Position numbers and translations under genes: made by a program
Part shown: positions 1 to 9,534 of the stretch, one piece after another
Layout of the letters: the number at the start of each line of letters is the position of its first letter
How positions within the stretch are numbered: position 1 is the stretch's first letter
Notes under the pieces: model-generated
What the model was told of the DNA's origin: nothing
Database searches by the model: none
What the model saw: only the letters and a program-made list of their open reading frames with translations
DNA from: Catajapyx aquilonaris
Lineage: Eukaryota
DNA: 49,106 nucleotides
Assembly (NCBI GenBank): GCA_000934665.2
Contig: KZ538762.1
Location: 1 to 49,106, forward strand
Direction of reading: 5' to 3'

Positions 1-28
1 TAGACCACTGCACTACCTCGATACTCAC

Positions 29-69
29 GCTCTCTCTCGCATGTACTTATCGTAAAGAAAGGGCGCCAT
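29..69 (-). CDS. Candidate first coding exon of an unidentified gene running off the left edge (MAPFLYDKYMRER-A)
   Basis: Minus strand reads aagtgATGGCG (purine at -3, G at +4), 13 open codons plus 2 nt, then a consensus donor GTGAGT at 28-23. Peptide not recognised, and such a short match can arise by chance. Confidence 0.25.
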
Positions 70-1870
70 CACTTCAAGATGGGCTAATGAGTTGCAAGAA
101 TATTTTGACATGTTTTTCTGCTGACTGTTTGAAACATTAATTTATTATGCGCATTTAAGGTTCCTGGTTACAATTAAGCATTGCGAATGGTTCAACCAGA
201 TTGATTGTATCTGATGCATTTGTGAACTGGGTATAACTGCATATGTTGGTAAATTAGCTAATACTGTTAATACATGCCAATGTTTAACTCGAACGAATAC
301 TTGAGTAAAGTATTTTAATGTTTAGAGGCAAACATATGCTATAAAATTGAAGCCTTTTTGATTCTAAATTTCCTCAATAATATACTACTGTACTAGCCTC
401 CTGAAGAACTGGGCAACCTCCCTCTGCACACCGTAATTACTGGTAATTGACCTGGAATATCAACAAGGAAGAATTTATTGAGGGATTATTATAATTATTA
501 TAATTATTCATAATCATTATAATTAAGGTTCTTTATTAGCAAGCTTGTTTTTGTTTTTTTTCGACCCACAGGTTTATACACGCATTATACGAATTATACA
601 CGCATTATATGAAAAAAGTTAATCTGCATAATCGCACATAGATGTAGATTCTGCTAGGTATGACGGTGATGATGGTGATGATGGTGATGATGGTGCTGGA
701 ATATTCCTTCGAGCGTTCTTCTCTGCATCTCTTGCTCTTCCTCCAGGCGGTTTATGTGAACAGGAGCTGTGTCCTGGATCTGAGGAAGAGAACAGTGATA
801 GATATAAAAATATTGGCCATCACCCACTGTAAAATTTAATGTGGAGAAACCAGTCTGTCGGTGGTGGAAGAAGTAGCTTATAACATAGTCCTTGACCATG
901 TGAAGTCACGTTTCACTTACTTATAAATACAAACAACAAGAGGCAGAAAAAACGTTACCCTGAAAAATTTGTGATTTTGGAGTTAGGCGCGTTTTCATTC
1001 TGGGTACTTCAATTGCACAAACCATTATTTTGTAACTTTCCTTCAAGAGCACAGAGCGCACGCAGGCCTTTATTACTGTCCTTTGAAGAAATGAGGCGCC
1101 ATGCCAATCAATGATGGTTAATAATTGACATGGCACAAATCCGTTTTTAACTGCAGCTGAATGACGACGCAACTGCGACACCCATGGAAATTGCTCAGAA
1201 TGAGCTGCACATTAGCATATATTAAATTGTTACGTTGACTGCATCTACATGAGGTGAATCAAGCCTGAAGGCCTATATTTCTCCCCCTCTCCGAGTTTTA
1301 AATCCGACTTCCTCAGCATCTGTAGGCTTCATCACATTCCCTGTAATTCGTGGCCATCAGGAGTCATTGTTTAATAATCTGAATTGAATTCATTCAATCA
1401 CACAATGGAGATTAAAATGCGGTACCCTACATAACATGATGAGCAGAAATCCTGGATAATTTATTGTAAAAATGATGACAAATTCAGAAATTGATTTCCC
1501 CATAATTATAATCGACTTGAAAGGATGGTCCAGAATAAATATTATTGATATTTTAACTAGTAGCTGAACATTCGTTATTGTCAAGGCAGACAGATGCTGC
1601 TTTCTCCCGACATATGCGCGTGTGATTTCATAATAACACAATAGCACCACAGACAACGCACAACTTCATTTGCTACAATGCACGTGGATTATTTTGCCAG
1701 AAGCTTTGCTTAATGGTACACGATGGAACAGTCATTATTCTCTCTACGAGTTCAGTATATTGTCCCACCCACATATGTTACATTCCCATATGAAATGAGG
1801 CCCAATGACTTGGTGCGCCATACGCGATGCAATTTAGTCGTCAGAATACTTGCTTGCAAACGGTGTCAAA

Positions 1871-3694
1871 ATGAAGGCTGCTGTTGGGTGCCTCTGTGTG
1901 TTGCTTGCAATCATGGTAACATCCATGACGATTGAGAATGTGTTGTCGTCAATCAACTTAAAGGGATGCAAGGTGATTCTGCTTCACGACTACGAGAGGC
2001 TGGATCACTTCCACTGGAACAACAGGATGCTTCAATACCGAGTGCCTCTACTTCTGAAGTTTCCTGATGATTATGTCACTCCGTTGATGAACTTGAGAGT
2101 GTCCGAGACCTTCCATTACAATTATAAATTCATTCGAAACGCTTCCATACCAATGTGGAATTGCATGGCAAGCACATACCCTCGCAAAATATTCAGCAAT
2201 TTGGTGTCGCAACTGGATTATCATCAGCTCTGTATAGTGATTGTTGGACGGCAAAAAAACATGGATGCCATGTCTGATTACATCTCGAGACAAGTGGCGG
2301 TGAAGCAAAATCGAGACAGGTTCTTCCTGTTCAACAGAGATGACTCGAGCATGATTCAGATAGGAGCGTCCAAAGAGAACTTGGACGGGAACAACGTGGA
2401 TTTCATTATGGTCCAAGTCCATAAATACAGCGTCATACCTCGTTCAGGTGAGGTAGCCATCTACAGACCAATCCTGTTGCACATTGAGAACCTGATGACG
2501 CGATTGTCGATGGAGATCGCACAGGATGAGGATATTTTGGGCAACGTGTATGAAACCGCCGAGAGTCTGTTGTTCCAGAAGAGAAAAAGAACTGGTAGAT
2601 GCTACGGGTACGTAGGGAGGGTTTACAACACAACGAGGCTTCAGGTCTTTCTGGGCGTGTCCACCGAGCTCTTGGAGAAGCTCAGCAGCACTCTGGAGCC
2701 CCTCTTTCCCGTGTATTTCGACCATCTCGCTTTTTTGGTGGTGCAGTACCCTGCCAAGTTCTCATGGAAGACTCTCATCCTCCCTTTTCAAGTCCCAGTT
2801 TGGATTGGTGTGGCATCCACCTTTGCTGTCTCTGTGGTTATGGGCTGTCTCCTTATGACACGTTCCAGGAATAAGGGTGTTTCCGCAGCTATTGGTCTCA
2901 ACTATTGCCTGACACTGGAGCAGTCTACAGCCAAGACGCCTAACACCGCCTCATTCCGGGTCTGGATGATTTTCCTGAGCTTTTACCTGATTGTAATTTC
3001 CAATTCATACAAGGGACTACTCCTGGCCTTCCTCACCGCCAATCCGGGTGTTCCTATCCCTTCAGACCTTGACGAGATGATCACAAACCAATACTTCACA
3101 GTCCACTTGTACGAAAATCGGTGGCTGTTGGATCGCCTGCAGAACTATGCCAATCAGAAAGGCCTGAATTTCCAGAAGGACCACTACACCACTATTGTGA
3201 AGAGGAAGAATTCAGTCCTGAGCAGCAACCCATTCACCTGCATGATCATGGTCGCCTTGCCCAACCACGTTTGCGTCGGAATGGAGCGCGACCTGCACTT
3301 GGCTGCGACCAACAAGATGCTGTCGACGTTGCCCTTTGGAGACATGATGAGACGAGTGTCCAGCGACGTGTTCTACCCCGTGATGGTGGCTGTTCCCAGA
3401 GACAGCCCCTACCAGCCACTACTCAACAGGAGGATCATGTGGCTGTGGCAGTCTGGAATCATGGGCATCTTTCACCAGGTGGAGAGGATGTATGTGTACA
3501 CTTCAGACAAGGTCATAGAGCACGTGCAGTTTGACCCACAGCAGTCGTCGGACAGTGATCCGGAAGTCATACGCCTGGATAATGTACTGTTTGTTTTTCT
3601 GTTGCTGTTGTACGGACTTGGGTGTGCACTGGTTTGTCTCCTTGGAGAAATGGCTCTACACAGAATTGAACGTATTTGCAGTGGTATTCATTAG
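1871..3694 (+). CDS. Divergent ionotropic receptor (IR, variant iGluR chemoreceptor), single exon, 607 aa
   Basis: First ATG at 1871 begins a signal-peptide-like MKAAVGCLCVLLAIMVTSMT. iGluR/IR motifs occur in order: pre-M1/M1 LILPFQVPVWIGV, pore loop LTLEQS, M3 RVWMIFLSFYLIVISNSYKGLLLAFLTANP, start of S2 SDLDEM, S2 VPRDSPYQPLLNRRIMWLWQSGI, M4 IRLDNVLFVFLLLLYGLGCALVCLLGE. TAG stop at 3692-3694. Confidence 0.9.
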   Translation: MKAAVGCLCVLLAIMVTSMTIENVLSSINLKGCKVILLHDYERLDHFHWNNRMLQYRVPLLLKFPDDYVTPLMNLRVSETFHYNYKFIRNASIPMWNCMASTYPRKIFSNLVSQLDYHQLCIVIVGRQKNMDAMSDYISRQVAVKQNRDRFFLFNRDDSSMIQIGASKENLDGNNVDFIMVQVHKYSVIPRSGEVAIYRPILLHIENLMTRLSMEIAQDEDILGNVYETAESLLFQKRKRTGRCYGYVGRVYNTTRLQVFLGVSTELLEKLSSTLEPLFPVYFDHLAFLVVQYPAKFSWKTLILPFQVPVWIGVASTFAVSVVMGCLLMTRSRNKGVSAAIGLNYCLTLEQSTAKTPNTASFRVWMIFLSFYLIVISNSYKGLLLAFLTANPGVPIPSDLDEMITNQYFTVHLYENRWLLDRLQNYANQKGLNFQKDHYTTIVKRKNSVLSSNPFTCMIMVALPNHVCVGMERDLHLAATNKMLSTLPFGDMMRRVSSDVFYPVMVAVPRDSPYQPLLNRRIMWLWQSGIMGIFHQVERMYVYTSDKVIEHVQFDPQQSSDSDPEVIRLDNVLFVFLLLLYGLGCALVCLLGEMALHRIERICSGIH

Positions 3695-4639
3695 AATGGG
3701 CCTGTCTAGTAGGCCTACTGTAGTACATGGTGTAACATTTTGGCACGGTAATATATATAGGGTAGTTCACAACCCATGATGCCCGCAATCAAGGAGAGTG
3801 GAAGGGTAAATACGTTAGAAACACTAATGCAGCGTGCCCATCACTATACATTATTGCACTGTGTGTATACAGTGTATATCGCTCAAAAGATGGACACGAT
3901 TTTGGATTTGGTTTCAATTAAAAATTGTCTCCATCTTCTTGAGCAATATACTCTACAATAACAGATGCAAAAGCACCACATTTTAATTTTAACTTTTTAC
4001 ACAATATAGCACCTACTGAGACTATAATGGGGTTGTTTAGTTTTGCACGCATAGTAATATAGCTGCAGACGAATGTCAGGTTCAGCATCGAGGCGGATCC
4101 TGTGTACTTGGCGTGAGTTGCAGAATGGGCAGAAAATCCCGACTCACACGTAAGTGGTGTAATAAATAAAAATAAATAAAGTTTAAAAGTCGGTGTCAGT
4201 GGTTTTATTTTGGTGGTACTTAATTTTGGAAGGCAATTTTCAAAGAGGTGTCTTATAATTCCTATAAGGTATACTATTCATAATTCAGGCAGGTTGGCTG
4301 TGATCCATTAAAATGATAGTGCGTAGGCTACTCATTTAGTAAGTGCATCAAAAGTGTCAATACCAATAACATTGTAGAATCAATGGGCAAAAAAATATGA
4401 TAATTGCAGCAGACGAGTGGTTCCGTAAAACCCGGCTTCAAGTGGGGTTACAAAAGATGACGGGCATATAAGTGGTATATCTAGACCAAAATAATAATAA
4501 GTATTTTAATCAATTGAAACAATTCAAACTGCAGGATGCGTACGTGCAGGATGTGCCAGACACCCTTTAAACAATGGAAATGACCCACAATAACGCTTTT
4601 ATTCCACGTCGTAACCCGAGAGACGATTATTAGAACAAA

Positions 4640-5462
4640 ACTATCAGATGATTGCTGGCTATTGTATGCAGTCGCGCCGTCCCGACCCGGAAGTGGGTGT
4701 AATAGTGTCTGCAACGTGCACATTCTTGATTAACTGCAAGTCACCACTGGCAGGCGTGCAGCCCCAGGACTGGTGCATAATCGTCGCGCGTCACCAGGAA
4801 CTGTATAGTGTGCCAGCCAGTGTATGCCGCTGGTCAGTCTATTCGTCGTTGGCGTATGTGACGACCACCTTAGGTGCTATCCTCCTCAAGAGTTTGACCG
4901 AGATGACTTTGGCCTATAGTAGGCCCCATCAGTGTCCAGTTTGAAGCTGATCTGGCGACCGCGTATGGTGACATTTCTCGTTCCACTCGTGCCGCTGCCG
5001 GTTACCCGAGGACCTGCCCTTGACCGTTCTGATATGATGTCCACGGTCCCAATATGAACAGCTCATGCTCTTCTTGGCCGTCCTCCCCCGCCGTTGCTAG
5101 AGTGTGCATCTGTTCTTCTTGCCGCAGCCTGAGCATACCTGGCCGTATATGCGAGACATGGTATTGTACATATCCATTCCCACCTGACCCACTGTTGTAA
5201 GGAGAAGCTTTGGGCTGTCTTGGCACCCCATCGAAATTTGTTGCTGCCATGAAGAACCGAAAGGACTGCAGCCGCTGTGCCCAGTCGTCAGGAGATTCCC
5301 ATAACTGTGTAGGTGTGGAGGCGGTGTCTGTTGATGTGTCATCCTCTTGACGCTGCTATTGTCCTCTGCGTAATACAGGAGAGCCACACACTGTCACACT
5401 GCAGAATTGTCACGTTCACTCCCCCCCCCCCNACCCCACTTGCCACGCACCCATTGCCACCA
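4640..5462 (-). mobile_element. Degenerate, internally deleted Ty3/Gypsy (Mag-like) LTR retrotransposon: PBS-like site, gag fragments, aspartic protease
   Basis: Minus strand across several frameshifts: CA followed by TGGTGGCA (5462-5455, PBS-like); ATG at 5342 MTHQQTPPPHLHSYGNL..DDWAQRLQSFRFFMAAT..KLLLTTVGQVGMDMYNT (Mag-type Gag N-terminus); CLA/YGQVCSGCGKKN (Zn knuckle); VTIRGRQISFKLDT(D)GA..KVIS (protease active site, ~4965-4900); QFLVTRDDYAPVLGLHAC..LQLI (protease C-terminus). Left boundary approximate. Confidence 0.8.
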
Positions 5463-5982
5463 TGTAATAACTCTCTGTGGTGTTATTGTGGTAATAACTG
5501 AAGCCAGGAAAAAAGAGAGAGAAAAAGAGAGAGCTATTAGTCACCATGTTATTTTTTACTCATTGCACATTTAAGTAATGTGGGATAATATTACAGTAAT
5601 CAGGGCACCAGCCACGACAGTAATATCAAAAGCCTGTATTCCCTCATCATTGATTACCAGCCAACAGAGACGAAATTGGCCCGTGACATACCTCCAGTGA
5701 CATAGATTTCACGTTCAACCCTTTAAAAAATATAGAGAAACCCAATCATAACAGTAGTGTTAGATTCTCAGACCCCAATATATTTGAGAGTAATGTTGTG
5801 TATGATCACTCACATTGGCATTGAATTAAAATAATAAGCTCATTTGTCATTAATTTAAAGAAACTTTAAAAGAAACTACGATATACCCCACTGATATGCA
5901 TACCCGATATAAAAAATTGTGCAAGCAATGGTGTATGATGAGTATTACAGGGTGACATGTGTGAAAAGTAATTACTGGTCGT

Positions 5983-6416
5983 TTATCTGGGTCTGATCTT
6001 CATGGCTGCTCTTTTCAGAGAGTAAAATAATCTCGTCAAGTGGTACCAGTGGACACCTTGATACGATTGGTCGGTCTTTCCCTTGAGATAAACTCCGTTC
6101 AGTTGGGAAAAGTGGCATCCATAGTACCACCAGCCTCCCTTGTGCTCCTCTGCGCAGTTCCCTCCACCCCAACCATCACTGTCCCGGTCTTTCGTGGAGA
6201 AGGCCCTGCCATTGTGGTCTGCAAGAGAGTCCCCCGCCCCTTCTCCAGGTTCCTTCTCGTACCCTCCCACATTGAGTTTGTACCTCTTCTCTTCATCTTG
6301 GACCATGAAAGTGTGGTACAAGGCGACCCTCTTCTCCCCCTCCCAATCCTCCAGGTCCACCCGGAGTCTCATCGGATTGGAATGGTCACTGGTCAGTCCA
6401 TGGATGTTGTCCAGAC
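5983..6416 (-). pseudogene. Orphan terminal exon of a fibrinogen-related domain (FReD; techylectin/ficolin-like) gene, reading frame open
   Basis: Acceptor ccccgcacAG at 6417, then (G)LDNIHGLT..MRLRVDLEDWEGEKRVALYHTF..YKLNVGGY..AGDSLADHNGRAFSTKDRDSD..NCA..GGWWYYGCHFSQLNGVY..YSLKRAAMKIRPR*. No N-terminal FReD exons exist on this strand in the window. Confidence 0.85.
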
Positions 6417-6495
6417 CTGTGCGGGGTGGTACATCCTACACTCGTCCAGATAAAGGTTTATGAGGCTTCTGTGCCCCCTTCTGTTCCTATGTCAG

Positions 6496-6787
6496 GGCTT
6501 AATCATTCCCTGGCCCCCACAAATAATCCAGCCGAAAACATTCCACGTGATGTCCATCCAAAGAAAACCAGTCAGGAAGAGAGTCTGGAACTGGCCATAC
6601 AAACAATGATGAGAGCTGTGGAGGACGGATTTGCTCGATCAGGCAATAAGGGACTGATGGATGCAGCACGAGAAGTGGGAGAAATCAAGGGGGAAGTGAC
6701 ATCACTGGAAGAGGGAATGAAATCATCATTAGAAGAGGGAATGAAATCATCAAAAGAGGCAATTCAATCATTAGAAGAGAAATTGAG
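6496..6787 (+). pseudogene. FReD gene coiled-coil/neck exon (frame open)
   Basis: Pyrimidine tract plus cAG at 6493-6495; GTGAGT donor at 6788. Encodes ..TSLEEGMKSSLEEGMKSSKEAIQSLEEKL, with a 24-bp tandem duplication at ~6702-6749. Its phase-2 end matches the next exon. No upstream signal-peptide exon found. Confidence 0.65.
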
Positions 6788-7457
6788 GTGAGTGAAGAAC
6801 CACGTGTCAACCCAACAGCTTTTATTGCCACCAATTTAGTCAATGGTAAAATAATCATTTCCCAACATATTATGAAGCTATGTGTGTTCAGAAAAACAGC
6901 GAGGAATGATTAAGAGAGCGGTTTAATAATACTGTATATTGAATGTTGACCTATATGTGGGCCTATAATTATTTTCTTCAAAATACGTGCAGTACATTCC
7001 AGCCATGCAGTGAACACAATCACCTCATCGGTGACGGATATTGTGAACAACGCAACTGTCTGCTTGACTGAATCTGGTAAGCAAGAAAATAGATCATTGC
7101 TTAAGTATTCTGTGCGTTAGTTGAAAATATCAATAGGATTTTTGTGCTTACGAGTATGAAATAGTAAGATACACTCACACATTTGCAGGGTTAGGAAATT
7201 GTGTGTTTTACCAATAGCAAAAAGCTGACCATGAGGTATACAGAAAAAAAATAGACAGAGCGATAATGCAACTGTGGCCTATAACCGAGCAAAATGTTTT
7301 CAAGGGATGCTTTTAAAACAGTTGAAAAAGATGCTAACTTAATGGAAGTGCTGCACCAGAACCTTGAAAAACAGACCCGTTTTGCGACGATGAAATCAAT
7401 GAAGACTGATTTACACACAATTTCTTTCAGACCCAACACCTTCCCCACTTTCTCCAG

Positions 7458-7567
7458 GATGTAGTTGCCAGGACCTCCTCCATCTAATTGTATAAGGACC
7501 TTCAGAAACGAGGGCACAGCTCTTCTGGCGTGTATACTCCGTGACCATCTCTGGAAAAAATGTCAAG
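7458..7567 (+). pseudogene. FReD exon (start of the fibrinogen domain), disabled
   Basis: Acceptor tttctccAG (7457), donor GTGAGA (7568). Removing one TA at each of 7491-7494 and 7533-7536 gives M*LPGPPPSNCKDLQKRGHSSSGVYSVTISGKNVK, the typical C..L...G...SGVY FReD start. In-frame TAG at 7462-7464. Confidence 0.8.
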
Positions 7568-7651
7568 GTGAGAAAAAGGTCACATTCACTATGAATGATA
7601 TAGTGGAATTAATAGAATTTAAGGCATTGATTAGTGTTGTCTCTTCCTCAG

Positions 7652-7797
7652 GTGTATTACGACATGATCACGGATGGAGGAGGGTGGACGGTTATACAAA
7701 GAAGGTACGACCGACATCCAGCCTCACGTGGACTTCGACCGAAGATGGGCAGATTACTAGAGAGGGTTTGGTGATCTGGAAGGGGAGTTCTGGCTGG
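7652..7797 (+). pseudogene. FReD exon (DGGGWTVIQRR...GEFWLG), disabled
   Basis: Acceptor ttcctcAG (7651), donor GTGAGT (7798). Reads VYYDMITDGGGWTVIQRR, then after a frameshift near 7705-7709 TDIQPHVDFDRRWADY*RGFGDLEGEFWL(G). TAG at 7758-7760; the conserved Cys of VYCD is Tyr. Confidence 0.9.
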
Positions 7798-8444
7798 GTG
7801 AGTTGAACTCTTATCACTTGTCACCATCACAGAAGACGAATGGATTGGCAGGCCTAACGAATCAGAATTCAAAGTGGTGACGTGCGGTCCGTGCGGTTAT
7901 TCACCAGATATCAATATCTGTACAGATACTTTTAATGCTCACAATTGGGCCATTGTTGCACTGCATTGTTCCTTAACTGGCCTAAATATATGGAGAAATG
8001 AACCTTTGCAGACTAAAGTATGATTGTGATATGTAGGAGACATTCTTCGCGTCAGAGTAATGACGCATTATATTTACGTAATTAAATGTAGTGTTGGTTC
8101 AAAGTTGGTGTAGGTCCTAATTTGGAAATTTGGATAGTAGATGGAGTACCGGTAATCATATTTATGTTCCAAGGAGAATTGCCTCCGCCATGGGGCATTT
8201 CAGGTCAATTTTTGTAGCAGTATTTTTTTTTGGACTTGGGCCACTTTTGTTCTAAGCACCTCAAGTATCGGTCATTTTAACCACTTCCCGAGGGCGTAAG
8301 TCAAAGATTTTTTTGGTAACATATATACACAAGTCTACACACAAGAATGCACTAAATTATCATCTTAAAAGAATTAAAACCTGTATTTTCTTAAGATTAG
8401 TATATAAACATACACTTTGTCTTGCCATAATTGCCGGACTCGCC

Positions 8445-8602
<158 letters not shown>

Positions 8603-8652
8603 CAAGCCTCATAAATCTTAATCTGTATGAGTGTATGTTCCACCCCGTACAG

Positions 8653-8703
8653 GTCTGGACACCATCCACCGACTGACCAGTGACCCTTCCACTCTGATGA
8701 GAC
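8653..8703 (+). pseudogene. Truncated third copy of the FReD terminal exon (5' 51 nt only)
   Basis: Acceptor ccccgtacAG (8652), then (G)LDTIHRLTSDPSTLMR. The upstream intron 8604-8652 is homologous to 9049-9100. Similarity breaks at 8703, just before arm B. Confidence 0.85.
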
Positions 8704-8729
8704 CGATGAAGACGTGGTTCTTCACTCAC

Positions 8730-9021
8730 CTCAATTTCTCTTCTAATTATTGAATTGCCTCTTTTGATGATTTCATTCCCTCTTCTAATGATGATTTCAT
8801 TCCCTCTTCCAGTGATGTCACTTCCCCCTTGATTTCTCCCACTTCTCGTGCTGCATCCATCGGTCCCTTATTGCCTGATCCAGCAAATCCGTCCTCCACA
8901 GCTCTCATCATTGTTTGTATGGCCAGTTCCAGACTCTCTTCCTTACTGGTTTACTTTGGATGGACATCACGTGGAATGTTTTCGGCTGGATTATTTGTGG
9001 GAGCCAGGGAATGATTGAGCC
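8730..9021 (-). pseudogene. Inverted copy of the FReD coiled-coil exon with two nonsense codons
   Basis: Reverse complement of 6496-6787 with both splice sites retained. AAA>TAA at 8953-8951 and TCA>TAA at 8749-8747. Confidence 0.8.
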
Positions 9022-9100
9022 CTGACATAGGAACAGAAGGGGGCACAGAAGCCTCAGAAATCTTAATCTGTGCGAGTGTAGGATGTCCCACCCCGTACAG

Positions 9101-9534
9101 GTCTGGACAACATCCACTGACTGACCAGTGACCATTCCAATCCGATGAGACTCCGGGTGGACCTGGAGGATTTGGAGAGGGAGAAGAGGGTCGCCTTGTA
9201 CCACACTTTCATGGTCCAAGATGAAGAGAAGAGGTACAAACTCAATGTGGGAGGATACGAGAAGGAACCTGGAGAAGGGGCGGGGGACTCTCTTGCAGAC
9301 CACAATGGCAGGGCCTTCTCCACAAAAGACCGGGACAGTGATGGTTTGGGTGGAGGGAACTGCGCAGAGGAGCACAAGGGAGGCTGGTGGTACTATGGAT
9401 GCCACTTTTCCCAACTGAACGGAGTTTATCTCAAGGGAAAGACCGACCAATCGTATCAAGGTGTCCACTGGTACCACTTGACGAGATTATTTTACTCTCT
9501 GAAAAGAGCAGCCATGAAGATCAGACCCAGATAA
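9101..9534 (+). pseudogene. FReD terminal exon copy with a premature stop
   Basis: Acceptor ccccgtacAG (9100); (G)LDNIH*LTSD with TGA at 9118-9120 (GGA in the other copy). Also EDWEGE>EDLERE and DGWGG>DGLGG. The remainder is the C-terminal FReD ending MKIRPR*. Confidence 0.9.

Larger units (their letters stand above)
5576..6805. repeat. Left arm (A) of a ~1.23 kb inverted repeat
   Basis: Reverse complement of 8712-9933. Exon-derived positions pair with a constant coordinate sum of 15517 (6416/9101, 5983/9534, 6787/8730, 6805/8712). Outer ends taatgtgggataata (5576) and tattatcccacatta (9933). Confidence 0.95.

Noticed and set aside
654..899. Minus-strand ORF ending in a poly-His tail
   Set aside because: The His run comes from a (GGTGATGAT)3 repeat. 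No frame on either strand resembles a known protein, and no linked exons were found.
1850..1870. ORF-track start of the IR at 1850
   Set aside because: It is a TTG. The first ATG at 1871 has aaaATG context and begins the signal peptide.
6040..6453. ORFs MVPVDTLIRL.. (6040-6453 + and 8908-9477 -) and other overlapping ORFs
   Set aside because: Antisense or off-frame shadows of the FReD terminal exon.
9145..9534. 129-aa ORFs (here and 5983-6372) as complete genes
   Set aside because: The Met is internal to a terminal exon that starts 44 nt earlier at a splice acceptor; they encode only the C-terminal part of a FReD.
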